64,000 nt of DNA from Eledone cirrhosa (lineage: Eukaryota), in NCBI GenBank assembly GCA_964016885.1, contig OZ024740.1, forward strand, positions 437,844,001 to 437,908,000, read 5' to 3'. The notes under the pieces were generated by a model. That model searched no databases. It was not told where the DNA came from and worked only from the letters and a program-made list of their open reading frames with translations. Positions 40,330 to 54,000 of this stretch are shown piece by piece (position 1 is the first letter of the stretch; each line of letters opens with the position of its first letter). Position numbers and translations under genes: made by a program.

Positions 40330-40612
40330 ACAAACACATATATATAGTCTAACAAAGTTCTTTCGTTGCACATCTGCAGCATCGTCAGTGGTGCTATTAT
40401 GTTTCCTCCTGTTGTATTGTATGTCTACGCCATCTTTATTTAATCCGTTTATTTATTTATTTATTTTTGTCTTCTTCTCTGCGCATGCGTTTGCGTGTGT
40501 GTATAGTGTTAGATGTATGTTCGTGTTTCGGTGACTGTGTTTTGGTTATTGTATTCTATCTTAGTTTACTAGTCTGTGTTTATATGTGTTTGTTGTTATT
40601 GTGCTTGTGTAT

Positions 40613-40659
<47 letters not shown>

Positions 40660-42429
40660 TACTTCTCTTAGGTCAGTATTGTTTGTTTGGGTGTTGTTAT
40701 TATTCCATTCATTGTTTCTGTTTATCTTTGGCCTTCTACGTTCTATTTCGCTGGCCTCTCTGATTTGCCTATCTGCTGGGTCATTTCAATGTTTAGATAT
40801 TATTCTAATTTCTATGTTGTCTTTGTTACCGTCGTGTTGTTGTCTGGCGTGTTCGCATAGTACTGAACCGTTTTTTCGTCCTTTTAGTTCCCCCCAGTGT
40901 TGGTCTATCCTTTCACCTATGCTACAAGCTGTCTCGCCTATGTATGTTGTTGTCATGTTTCTGCAAGTACCCTCTGTACATCTTATGCTATAGACTACGT
41001 TTCTAGTTTTACAGTTTATCCGGGGGTTTACTTTACATATAATATATTTCCTATTAGTACAGTGGGTTTTCTTAAAAGGGTAGGTTTTGCTGATCAGGGA
41101 TTTTATGGTGGTTCCTGGCTTTTCTAACACCTTAATCTTTAAGTGGGTCTTTCTCAGGGCATTTCTACACTGGTTAGCTAATTTCCCTCCAGGGGTAGCG
41201 TCCACGAACATGGCTCTCTGGTTGTCGTAACATGAGGTGGCTTCCCTATCTTATGTTTAGTCCTATCTAAGCTATTCCATGATTTGCTCCTGTATAATGG
41301 GCAAATTCTTTTCATGCCCAGTTCTATGAGGGTCTTATACTTCTCCGTGGCTCCTTCGTATACTCTGATTCTGTCTCTTTGGTTGTAGCCAGAGAACTGC
41401 ATGCGGTTGACGAAGTGTTGGATGTGTCTTTCCATTTCTGTTGGGTGGCACATGCGGGACACGTTCTTCATCACTCGTACCATGTCTGCGATCAGAATAT
41501 TAAACTTAGCACTACTGGACATTGCTGAGTTTTTGAGTATCAGGTATTTGGAGGCCATTGGTTTAGCGTAGTGTGAGTGGAGAATTTGGGCTCTCTCGTC
41601 TATAGTGTTAATCCAGAGTTCCGTGTCTAATACAGGTAGTCTATTGTTAGGGTGTTTGGAAGGGTAGTCGATAGTTACAGTTATACTCTGGTGTATCGAA
41701 TTAGCTATCTGCTGGATGCTTTCCATTGTGCTACATTCTAAATCAAACTTGTTAGTACTCTCTTGTGGGGATGTCCTTATTACTATATTGATGTCGTCTA
41801 CGTAACGAGAGTACATGATGAGGTCTATGGAGCTCTCATCAAGGTCTTTGAGTCTCCTTTCCCACCATGCCATAAAAAGGTTGGCAACGTCACCAGCTAT
41901 GCTGACGTCAATGGCTGCTCCCTCATTTTGGGTGTAGATCTTCTCGTTGAATTTGAATATGTGGCCCTTTAGGGTAGTTTTAATACTAGCCCCTATTGCA
42001 TGTGCGACCATTTTTCTTACCTGATCATTGTTTTGGGGGGGTCCGTATGGCTTTGGTCCACCCAATCCACCTTCCCATGGGAGTCTTTTTAGCCATTGAG
42101 GTTATGGTGGGGGTCTACCTCTTATGGGTCTGCTGGGGAAGAAAGGTCTAAGGTCATGACTGTCTAGGTAGTCAGTGTCATAGGTAAGTCTAAGTAGGAG
42201 GCCTAGTTCGTCTGTGTCGACGTCGCAGAACTCCACCTCACTCTCAATGATCATCTCCACACATTTTTCCACAGAAAAATCAATGTTAATGGATGGGTAT
42301 AGTGACACCACGTCCATGCTGCCTATTATGCAGTTGGATAGGTTTTTGTTTTTGTTGCACTCACTGATTCTGCTGAGGAGGTCCTCTGTACTGTCACATA
42401 CATCTGGGGGACATCTTGATTATGTGGCG

Positions 42430-42430
<1 letters not shown>
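40330..42430 (-). mobile_element. Penelope-like element, second family (RT + GIY-YIG), 5' truncated
   Basis: SMDVVSLYPSI, YSRYVDDI, LPVLD, HYAKPMAS; NVVYSIRC...YIGET. Degenerate hammerhead CTGACGA...GAAA at 40353-40390. Confidence 0.88.
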
Positions 42431-42470
<40 letters not shown>

Positions 42471-42475
<5 letters not shown>

Positions 42476-42625
42476 ATACTTTTGGAGGGTCATGTTGCCA
42501 ATAAGAAACACCCGCACCAGTTGCTTTCACTCCAATTTATTATAAATTAAATTTATAATAAATTGGAGTGAAAGCAACTGGTGCCTGTACCCAACTGGCA
42601 ACATAACCCTCCCAAAGTATAACAA
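42471..42625. repeat. Short foldback/MITE-like palindrome
   Basis: Terminal arms TTGTTATACTTTTGGAGGGTCATGTTGCCA / TGGCAACATAACCCTCCCAAAGTATAACAA and a near-perfect inner hairpin with ~35-bp arms. Related sequence at about 40150. Confidence 0.8.
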
Positions 42626-43399
42626 AATCGGTGATATATATATATATATATCAATGATATTAATAAATGGAAACTATATTTATAAAACCATATTTATTCT
42701 ATTATATATATTTCAAGGGTACCAAAACTTTGGTACGCACCCATCAGATAAAATACAAAGTTTGTCTTATAAATAGTGACATACTCAGGAATCAGACCTT
42801 AACGGTTCAAGTTCCTGAAGAAGCTATTTTGCCGGTAAGAGTGTCAGATGCCATGCTTTGCAACATAGAGTTGCGGCCCTTTACGACCTGAGTTCAAAAT
42901 CCGCCGCGATTAGCTTTGCCTTTAGCAAAGTAGCCTATTCGAACAATAATACATTAAATATAAACACGAAATAAAAAAATTCCAAGAAGAGTAATCTCCC
43001 TTACATATATTTTTCGGAAAGTGTTATCTCCCATAGATTTAACAAACAGGTGCTACGTGATGGTTCGACCTGCTAGAAATAGCAGCCACCATTCTCTCAA
43101 ATCTCATTTAAAAAATAACAATAAGGAAACATTGGATAAAATGTAGTCACACAATTTCTAGAAGATAAACGAGGGGATAGTCATGGCTAGAATATCTTTG
43201 ATCATATAAAGGAATCCATTATGCGTTCGTTTGACCAACAAAGGATTAGCTCCCCTCGTCATATCCTACAGTTTTAAAAGGAAAGACACATTAGATAATG
43301 CAATTCTGGTTATATAAAAAGTTGGGATGGTCATGACTGGAACGTCTTTGTCCATAGGTCTGCACCATCATACATGTGGCTAAACAACAGCTTCTTCTT

Positions 43400-44330
43400 C
43401 TTCTTCTAGCAGGCTCGTATATGATATTCAACAATCTTGGTCGGGGTCTATCCCTGGCACTCCGGCTGGTTGGTTTTCCCCATAAAATCTGTCCAGCGAT
43501 TCTTTACTGACACATTCTAACCACATGCCCATAGATACGGAGCTGTGATCTCCCAATTAGAAGTGTTGGCTCTACCTGGAGTGACCCGCTGATCTCCGAG
43601 CTATGCACCCTATCGAGTAATGTTACTCCAAAGACCCTTCGGAGTAACCCCATTTCGGTCGCTTGTATTCGTGATCGTATTCTTTTAGTTATTACCCAAG
43701 ATTCATGACCATATGTAAGGCACGAATACCGAACTGAAGATAACGAGTTTGACTTTTACATCTACCTCCCTTCTTCTGATTACTGAATGCTGAAGCTGGC
43801 GCATTACTACACTAGCTCTTAAAATTCTTGCACTTAATTCAGCCTTCTGCCTTCCATCACTCGTGAACACGGACCCGAGATACTTGAACTTCTCCACCTG
43901 CTTCAGTGGAACTCTGTTCACATGTAGAGTGCACTGTGTAGGCTTCCTCGAGAGGACGAGTGTCTCAGTTTTCGCAGCACTCATTTTGATTCCAGCCATG
44001 CAGCAGCGCTCGGCATCAGAGCTATCAAGTGCAAGTTGGAGATCACCTTCTGTTGAGTTAAGTAACACCACGTCGACTGCAAATTCCAGCCGACAGATTT
44101 TACACCCTCCAGCTGCGCATGTCAATAATGTTCGTGAAAATAATGTAGAGGAGAGGAGATAGTATGCACTCTTGGTGGAGTCCGACTCTCACGTTGAATG
44201 GTTTCGATTTATCACCATGTATCCGAACACAAATACTCAGGCATTCGTATAGACATCAGAGCAGCAAAAAGCTGACCATCGATCCCAAATTCCTACACAG
44301 CTGTCATATGCCTGTCCGACGTCTACAAAA
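43400..44330 (-). mobile_element. RTE LINE RT/3' remnant
   Basis: KQVEKFKYLGSVFTSDG and a degenerate FADD (FAVD). (AGA)n tail near 43391-43407. Confidence 0.75.
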
Positions 44331-44574
44331 AAAGGATATACCTCTTGACAATACTTTCATGATTTCTCGAAGACCTGTCGCTATTATTTCTATTTGTAAT
44401 ATATAGATAAATATATATCTAAGCTCTGTATTTATTTATTATATATATAAGGTATATGTATTTTTGATTGGAGACACGTGGTGTAGTGTAAGTGTGTTTG
44501 ATCATAATGTCTTGTTTTCTATCGGTGGTTTTCATGTTGATCAAAACACATTTCATGTTGATCTAGTCTACTAA

Positions 44575-45090
44575 GCTGAACATGAGTAGCAGCAATAGCT
44601 GGGGGGGTTTATCTGTGCGATGGAAAGCTTTCCCCTAAAAATGGAAGGCAAACTGTTTGATGCGTGCATAGGAACATCAATGTTGCATAGTATCAAGACC
44701 TGGGTGGTGTGTGCAGAAGACTGGTAGATTGGAAAAGAAGCTTGCATGCTACATTGAATGGAAAATAATAATATTTGTGAACAGCAAAGCATAAACTTAG
44801 TGAGAGAAAAAGTATGCATAATCGGAATGAGAAAAGCGCCGTGCCCACACTGAAGTGGTGGTGTATGTTTGACGGCGAAAAGCGAGTTTCATTTGATGCC
44901 TTGTTAATTCTATGGTATGTACATGTTATGTGTATGGAGGCTGACAGTGATATGAACAGATTCGGAGTGCTCAGTCGATGGAAGGAGTGAAAAACCCGAG
45001 GAAGACTTTGGGTGAATTGATTAAAGTTGACCATGCCATGTTGCAGCTGTGAAAGGTGATGACAGAGGACAGATTTATCTGGCGTTACTC
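44575..45090 (+). mobile_element. Highly diverged RTE 3' fragment
   Basis: Resembles the other RTE ends in the window (GKLFDACI, gaagcttgcatgct, tggtatg..catgttatg). Confidence 0.55.
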
Positions 45091-45761
45091 AATACTACGC
45101 AAGAGGATGGGGAAGAATTGGAGACTGAAGCATCTAAGGACATGCTGAAGCATACATCGAGTGAAGCGTGTAGCCCACACTGCATGCAAAGTAGTAGTGT
45201 AGATGTGACACCAAGAAGCACACAGCCTACACTGGAAGATTTTAGAAGAAGAGATAAAAGATTGCCATGCCTTGTTGCTCGTCTGTTGACGACACGGTAC
45301 GGAGATAATTGGCTTTGTGCAGTAGAAGAGAAGACGAAACTTTGTTAGGGAAGAGACGAAGCTAGAAGCATATAAATAGTTTGCAGCACCCCATCCGACA
45401 CACTTGCATAGATTTCCGATGACGACAGTTTGAAACCTACATTCATCGATGTCCTGTATGTGTGATGACAAAAAGTAACCTGAACCCACTGTGAACGAAC
45501 TTTGCGCTAGGATGGGCATTAATGAAATAGATCTGTCCTTTTTATAATGAAGTTGAAAAGATGTTAATTTAATGTGTCTGCATAATTACTCCAACAGGTT
45601 AGGTATATAGTAGGGTTATATTGTTTTGATTAGGTATCATTTAAAGGAGATAAGAAGGGATTCATCACTAATTTGTAGATGAATTATTATGGTTCAGTTG
45701 TAGGTTGTGTGTGTTTTGTGTGGGTGTATATATATAAAACTGAGTAGCTCTATCATCATCA

Positions 45762-46945
45762 CTTCTTTCTAGGCCATGCTTCCCTGTTTGGAATTTCTTC
45801 TCTAGTTCCACCATAGATTCGGCTATAAGTGTGAGATCCTCTGCATATAGGAGTTCCCATGGGCATCCAGTGTTAAACTCCTCCGTTATTGCCTGAAAAA
45901 CTATAACGAACAGGAGCGGGCTAAGAACAGAGCCCTGGTGGACACCGACCTGTATGCTAAGTTCCTCGCTATAGTCATTGCTAACCCTAACTTTGCTGAC
46001 TGCTCCCCCATTCATGGCTTGTACAGCCTCCACAAGCCATTCATCTACTCTTAGTTTTCTAAGAGCCAACCAGCTTATAGTACGGTGGACTCTGTCGAAA
46101 GGTTTTTCCATATCGACGAATGCCAGGTAGAGCGGCTTACGTTTAGCTAAATACTTTTCCTGTAACTTCCTCACAAGGGAGAGGGCATCAGTGGTGCCTT
46201 TTCCTGGTACAAACTCAAATTGCATCTCATGTAGTTTCACCCGGTCCCTAATCAGCTGTGCTATAACTCTTTACGTTACTTTCATGACGTAGTCCATCAG
46301 CTTTATACCTCTATAGTTTCCTCTATCTAGTGCATCACCTTTACCTTTGTAGCAGTTGACAATGATGCTGCTGCACCAATGGTTTGGTATGACACCCTTT
46401 AGTATTACCTATTTAACAATACGTGTGGTTATGATGTGACCTACCGACCCAGATGCCTTCAGCATCTCGACAGCTATACCTGAACGACAGGTTGCCTTCC
46501 CCGTCTTCATATCTTTGATTGCCTTACTACGCTGCTGCTGACTTGTACTGCTAGCCCCTCTATAGGGTGCACTTGGGGTAGGGTATTTTTTCCATGCCTT
46601 CTCCTCATTTAGTAATCTTTCATACTGGTTCTTCCATGCATCTTTCTTCTCAGCACTTGTGAGTGCAAGCTCACCTTTATCATTCTGGATACACTTCTCT
46701 CCAATGACATCACAATTCTCTCTGACACACTGCCTCGCAATCTGGACAACCTCTTGTTTCTGTTCCTTGCGTTGCAAAACATGCTTGAATTTTCTATCCT
46801 CTGCTTCCCTTCTAGCTAAGTATACTTGTCGCCTAGCTTCCCTCCTGGTCTCTATGTAATGTGCCCTGTTCTTCCATTCTTTCCATGCCTGTCTCTTAAC
46901 CTTAACTGCCTCATCTACCATATTGTACCACCACCAAGTCACTCT
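45762..46945 (-). mobile_element. RTE LINE RT fragment
   Basis: QFEFVPGKGTTDA, AFVDMEKPFD, VGVHQGSVLSPLLF. Confidence 0.87.
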
Positions 46946-47060
46946 CCTCCTCCCTGTATATATCTTTTTATCATTATTATTTTCTCTAATATAGACAAAT
47001 TACGACACATACACACACACAAATATTATGCATGGATATGTTACCTGGAAGCTGGAGAGT

Positions 47061-47604
47061 GAGAATAATATAGATGATAAAAGTCTATCTTCAGCAACAA
47101 GTGCTATATTGTCTCTCATCTTGAAAGATATTATTTTACAATATAAGAACTTGAAACTAAGACTAACTGATTCACAGAATAGATAGGGATGTACACAAAA
47201 GACCTAGATATGAAAAGAAGTGGAAATTGTGCAGATTGAACATTGAAGATGTGACCGATGTGAAGAAGCTGTGGAAAGATGTGACGAAAAAGTGTGAAGA
47301 ATGCAATCCCTAGAAAAGTCATCCCCGAGAGTAAACATTAGGAGTTACAGCAACGTTTTAAGACATAGAAAGAGTAGTTGTGGATTGTTCCGGTGAAAAG
47401 CAATGAAACGGAAGCATAACAGACGACGCTCAGCAGTTGGAGTTTGCTGCCAAACAGATGCCAATATAATATTATATATTAGGGAATCAGATAGTTTGTC
47501 TTTATTTCCTGTTGTTTTATTGCAAAAGCATATCCTTGAAAGTGAGAGACAATATAGCGTTTGTTGGTGAAGATAATATAATTAGTTTATCTATATTACT
47601 CTCT
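47061..47604. mobile_element. Candidate non-autonomous element with ~70-bp imperfect terminal inverted repeats
   Basis: gagaataatatagat...tatcttcagcaacaagtgctatattgtctctca (47061-47130) versus the reverse complement of 47531-47604. Confidence 0.55.
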
Positions 47605-47902
47605 ATGCAGAAATAAGGAAACATTTGCATATGGTCGACCCTGACTATACGTTCATATTAGTTGTGAAGCTTTGCTTTAGAGAAACAGAAAGAAGGCCAC
47701 TATATTTGTAATTCGAGGTATTATCGATTTAAGTATGATAACAAATATTTGAAACATTGGAGATGATGTGCATCTAAATACTAAGCATATACAGATGCAC
47801 ACATAAGTGAAAAGGAACACAAGCACACACAAATAGATGGATAGCTGCACACACATGCATACATATCTATCTAGTTGATGTTTAAATTGCAACAAGTCTT
47901 GT

Positions 47903-49500
47903 CATCATCTTCATCATTTTACGTCCGCTTTTCTTTGCTTGCAAAGGTGGGACGAACCTATTGAGCACAGTATCTCTCCACTTGTCACGGTCCTTCGTCA
48001 TCTCCTCGTTGAGCTTTAGAGATTTGAGGTCTGCTCACACCAGCTCCGCCCGTATTTTTCGTGGTCTTCCTCTACTGCGTTGTCCTTCTACTGGGATTTC
48101 TTGGCACTTCTTTACCTAGGTGTCATCCTCCATGCGATCACATGTCTATACCAACACAGTCTTCTCTCCCGCACGCTACAACTTATCCCAGTTAAACAGT
48201 TTCTCCCTGAAGTCCTCCATGCCTAGTCGTTCATTTCTCTCCAGCCATCGCATATCATCTGCAGTTGCTGCCAAAGTCTCACTACCATGCAGCATCGCGT
48301 ATCTCACACAGTCATCATATAACTGTCCTTTCGTACGCAGGGAGAAATCCTTCTTTGTCAACAGATGAAGCAACTCCCTAAATTTCTTCCGACCCGTCCT
48401 TATTCTAGATACTATGGTCTCGGAACACCCCCTCCCATTCTAATCATATCACCTAGGTAGCGGAAGCTATCACCCACTTCTATAGAACCCACCTTCATGC
48501 GGAAAATGTGTCTATCACTGCGTCTTCTACTGTCAAGTTCTGTACAACTACTGCATACGTATTTCTCCCTACTTGTTAGTTTGCCTGCTATCCCACTACA
48601 TCTCTTGTGTACCCAGGATCTGCATTGTGTACATTTTATAGAATTTATCCCAACTCCTTTTCTACATATTGAGCATGACCATTTCCCTGATGGAATCAGA
48701 GTTTTGTCCTCTTCTCTACTTATCAACACTTTTGTCTTAGCTAGGTTCACTCTCAGTCCTCTTGATTCCAACTGCTGTTTCCATAGACAGAATTTCTTCT
48801 CTAGCTCCTCTACTGATTCTGCTATAAGTACCAGATCGCCAGCATAGAGAAGTTCCCATGGGCAGCCAGTCTTAAACTCGTGTTATAGCTTGGAGAATTA
48901 TAATGAACAAGGGCGGGCTGAGGACAGAGCCCTGATGCACTCCTACTTGTATCTGGAATTCCTCATTAAACTCCATTACTTCTCTCACTTTACTGACAGA
49001 ACCTCTGTACTTAGCTTGCACTGTCCTCACAAGCCATTCCTCTACACCTATTTTCCTTAGAGACCAGCAGATGACAGATAGTGGTACACTATCAAAGACC
49101 TCCTCTAAGTCATCAAAAGCTAAGTATAGTGGCTTATTCTTCTCTAAGAACCTCTCTTGTAGTTGTATCACTAAGAAGAGGGCATTGTTGTACTTTTCCC
49201 AGGCATAAAACCAAACTGCATCTCATTTAGTTTGGCCCTTTCTCTAATTAGTTGCAATAGTATTCTTTCTGCCACTTTCATAACCTGATCCATCAGTTTG
49301 ATGCCCCTATAATTTTTCATTTCCAGAGCATCCCTTTCTACCTTTGCCGCAATTTATAAGAATACTGCTGCACCAGTCTTTGGGTATGACTCAGCCATAT
49401 ATATAACTTGATTGGCGATGCGTGCAACCAGTTTAGTAGCTACTTCTGATGCCCTAACCCTATATTCGTCTTTGTCAATAGCTGGTCCCTCTATCGGATA
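47903..49500 (-). mobile_element. RTE LINE RT + Cys-rich insert + 3' end
   Basis: VGVHQGSVLSP, CSICRKGVG..SIKCTQC..WVHKRC, SFRYLGD, (ATG)n tail. Confidence 0.87.
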
Positions 49501-49554
49501 ATAATTTGTGAAAAAATGAAAGCAGAAAACACACACATACATATATACACTCAC

Positions 49555-50289
49555 ACACTGGAGAGAAACGAAGCTTGCATGCTCTGCTGGATGTGTAATA
49601 GTAATATACGTGAACGGCAAAGCATAAACGAACTAAGGGAGAAATTAGGAATAAGAGGGATCAGATGTTGTTTACTCGAGAGAAGACTACGTTGGTACGG
49701 TCACGTGATGCGCATGAAAGACGACAGTTCTATAAAAAAGTGCAGGGCGATAAAAAGAGACGGTAGCCACGGAGTAGGCAGACCCAGAAAAACCTGGGAC
49801 GACTTGATAAATTCCGACCTCACACACTTACACCTCTCCAAGACAATGTCATTGGACCGAGATCTTTGGCGCTACACAGTTATACAGAAGACCCGCCTTG
49901 CCTAAGTACAAAGAGAAACCTACAGTCAGTAGGCACCTCTAACAAAATACACCCCCGTCCCACTACCCTATCCCCTCACCCCATCAACACCACCGCTTTC
50001 TCTGTAAAGTTATGTTGGTACCACAACATCCAGTCCTAAATAAATGAGGTCGTGTAGGTGTCACGACAAAAAAACACACAGTCCACACTCTAATGTGGCC
50101 GTGTAGGTAACACGGTAAAAACCTCCCAGTCCACACTGTAAACGTGGTTGGTGTTAGGAAGGGCATCCAGCCGTAGAGAACTCGCCAGACAGTCCTATAC
50201 GAGCAAGACAACCAATCTTGCCTCAAGTGGGAAAATTCCCGTCCAAACCCATGCTAGCCTGGAAAATGGACGTTAAACGATGATGATGA
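49555..50289 (+). mobile_element. RTE LINE 3' fragment
   Basis: Near-identical to 29055-29834, with an (ATG)n tail. Confidence 0.85.
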
Positions 50290-50441
50290 TATGTATATAT
50301 GTGTGTATATATATATATATGTATATATGTGCATATATATATATGTATATATTTATATATATATGTATATATGTGTGTATATATATATATGTATATGTGT
50401 GTATATATATATGTATATATTTGTGTCTGTATATATATGTT

Positions 50442-50484
<43 letters not shown>

Positions 50485-50589
50485 GTGTATATATATATAT
50501 ATATATATGTATATATGTGTATATATGTATATATATGTATATATGTGTCTGTATATATGTGTATATATGTATATATATATATGTATATA

Positions 50590-50634
<45 letters not shown>

Positions 50635-51075
50635 ATATGTATATATATATGTATATATATATATATGTGTGTATATATGTATATATATATATGTATATAT
50701 GTGTATATATGTATATATATTATGTATATATGTATGTATATGCATATATGTATATATGTGTGTATATATATATATATGTATAGTGTATATGATATATATG
50801 TATATATGTATGTATATATGTATATATATGTATATATGTGTATATATGTATATATATATATATATGTATATATGTGTATATATGTATATATATGTGTATA
50901 TATGTATACATATGTGTATATATGTATATATATATATGTATATATGTGTATATATGTATATATATTATGTATAAATGTATGTATATGCATATATGTATAT
51001 ATGTGTGTATATATATATATATGTATAGTGTATATGATATATATGTATATATGTATGTATATATGTATGTATATG
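50290..51075. repeat. Long (TA)/(TATG) compound microsatellite
   Basis: Direct reading. Confidence 0.97.
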
Positions 51076-54000
51076 TCAGGTTGCTCTCGAGTGCTACTGG
51101 TAACATGTAACCCAGTACTACCTGTCTCATGGTCGGGTCGTCAGCAACTAAACCGGCAACCTCACCAAGCTTGCTTGGTGAGGAGGGTGATATTTAGACA
51201 CCCTGCGGGATGAAATACAAAACCTGGCAAAGGGCGGAGGAACTCGTCAAAGTCAACGACCATCCAAATAGTACTTTTTTTTTTTTTACCTGGGAGTGAA
51301 GGGCCCCCTGTTGTTGTCACAACACCTTTCTAGGAGAAGGAAACTCTGAAAAAAAAAACCTGCGGCTTTGGAAGCATCCGATGATGTTGACCAGTTCTCC
51401 TTTTCGGGTAGTGTTTTCGATGCTCAGAGAGTGGGATTGGTCGCGTGCAAGGCCTTTTCCCACTTAAAAACCTTCAAAGTACAAGCATCGCTTGTTCTCG
51501 ATCTGTTACTGGTTCGTGTGTCTAGCCGTAGCCTAAAAGTGCACCAAACTCTATAATGACAGATGATAACTTTGAAGTCAATGGCAGTAAGGGCTCTGGA
51601 ACTTATTGTGAATGGGTCTGGCCCGGCAAGTATCCCAAGGCACCGCAGCGTGGGCCCGGTCGTCATCCTACAACTGCAAGGAGGTTCAAACCTTTGAATA
51701 TTGGATGTTGGAATGTAAGAACTTTACTGGATTCCCAGTCCAGTAAAACTCGCCCTGAAAGAAGATCTGCTTTGGTGTCGAGGGAACTCGATCACTTTAG
51801 CATGGACATCGTTGCTCTTTCAGAAACGAGATTGGCAGGTGAGGGTCAATTCACAGAACAAAAGGGAGGATATACCTTCTATTGGAGTGATGGAGCAGAG
51901 GGTTGTAGGAGAGAGGCAGGGGTCGCATTTGCAGTCAGGAATGGAATCGTCTCAATGCTGGAAAATCTTTCTTGTGGATTCAATGATCGGATAATGTCCA
52001 TGAGAGTCCCTCTGATTCAAAACCGCTTTGTGACTCTGGTCAGTGTGTACGGTCTTACTATGTGCTAGTGATGAAAAACTAAGTTTCTACATGTCTTTGA
52101 GAGAGGTCATCCATGGTATACCTTATGCAGACAAGATTGTCATCCTTGGTGATTTTAATGCACGTGTTGGTAATGACTGGGAAGCTTGGAGCGTGATGGG
52201 CAGGCATGGAGTAGGTAAGTGCAATAACAATGGCCTACTTCTGTTGCAGATGTGCATTGAGATGGATCTTGTTGTTGGGAACACGCTCTTTCAGCAGAAA
52301 GACAAATATAAGACAACTTGGATGCATCCAGGTTCCAAGAAGTGGCACCTTATTGACTTCGTTTTAACGAGAAAACGTGATATCAGGGATATCACATTGG
52401 TTCGTGTATTGCGAGACACGGAATGTTGGACTGATCATCGTTTGGTGCGCGCCAAGTTTCAATTTGTTGTGAAGCCCAAAGTAAGGGGGAAGAAGGCTGC
52501 ACTCCCACAACAACTAAACATGGCTTGTCTGAAAACAGAGAAAGTCAGAGCTGAGCTGTCGAGGTCTCTTGAGTCCATGGAATGTGAAAACACTTGGGAA
52601 TCATTGAAGAAAACCTTCTATGATGTTAGTGCTGGGGTTTTGGGTCATACCAATAGGAAGCATAAAGACTGGTTCGATGAAAATGATCCAGTGATCCAGA
52701 CCTTGCTTGAAGAGAAACAAAAAGTGCTGACATCATTGTTGAGTGAGACACGTTCTGACAGGAGTGACCGAACCTTCAAGCAGATCAAGGCACGTGTGCA
52801 ACATCGATGGAGAGCCATGAAGGATACCTGGTGGAGCCAAAAGGCTGATGAAATCCAGAAGGCCTCAGATAGACATCATACAAAGCTCCTATACAGTCTG
52901 CTCAGGGAGGTGTATGGTCCGACCGGTTCACAAATATCACCACTTCGTTCCGGAGACTGCAAGGAATTGCTCAGAGATCCGAAGGAAATCCTGATCAAGT
53001 GGCATGACCACTTTGATGAGCTTCTCAACAGACCATCAGAAATTGATGATGAGTTCATCCGGTCGATTCCATCCAGACCTACAAAGCTGGCAATGGCTGA
53101 TCCTTCTTCATTTGATGAGGTGGCGAATGCTATTGCCAAATTAAACAGCGGCAAGTCACCTGGAATGGATGGACTGAGTGCCAAGATTTTCAAGTGTGCT
53201 GGTGATAACTTCTTAAACCGCCTCACTGATCTCTTTGTGAATGTTTGGAATGAAGAAGATGTGCCACAGGATTGGAAAGATGCATTGATGGTGGTATTTT
53301 ACAAAGGAAAGGGAGCCAAAGATGACTGTGGAAACTACAGAGGTATTTCACTGCTATCTGTGGCTGGCATGATCTTGTGCAGGATATTGTTGGACAGATT
53401 GATACAGCACATTGCTGTTGAGGTACTTACTTTAGGAATGGCTTTAGGAATGGCAGAGGCACTGTTGACATGATCTTCTCGGCTAAACAACTTCAAGAGA
53501 AATGCATTGAGCAGCCAATAGAAGTTTTTGTCGATCTGACCAAGGCATTTGACACCGTTAATCGGAAGGCTTTGTGGGTTATTTTACAGAGATTTGGCTA
53601 TCGTAAAAAGTTTGTGAACATTCTGAAACTCTTCCACGATGACATGCAGGCATGGGTGAATGTTGGAGGTAAACTGTCTGAGCCAATCTCGGTTGAAAAT
53701 GGTTTCAATCAGGGTGATAAACATGCACCAACTTTGTTTGCCTTGTATTTCGCGATGGTGTTCTTCATGGCCTTCAAGGATTGTCAACACGGTATCTATC
53801 TCAGATATCGCACTTCCGGCAAGCTGTTTAACCTTAGGCGTCTCACTGCCAACACTAAGGTACTGAGTACCTTCATCAGAGAATTTTTATATGCAGATGA
53901 TTGTGATCTCTTTGCACACTCCCAGAGTGACATGCAACACCTTATGGATTCTTTTTCCAATGCGTGCAGTGCTTTGGGACTGACAATGAGGCTGCTGACA

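Noticed and set aside
50223-51213. Long Y/I/C/V/M-rich ORFs (also near 27.5, 56.4 and 60.35 kb)
   Set aside because: They are translations of stop-free TA/TG microsatellites.
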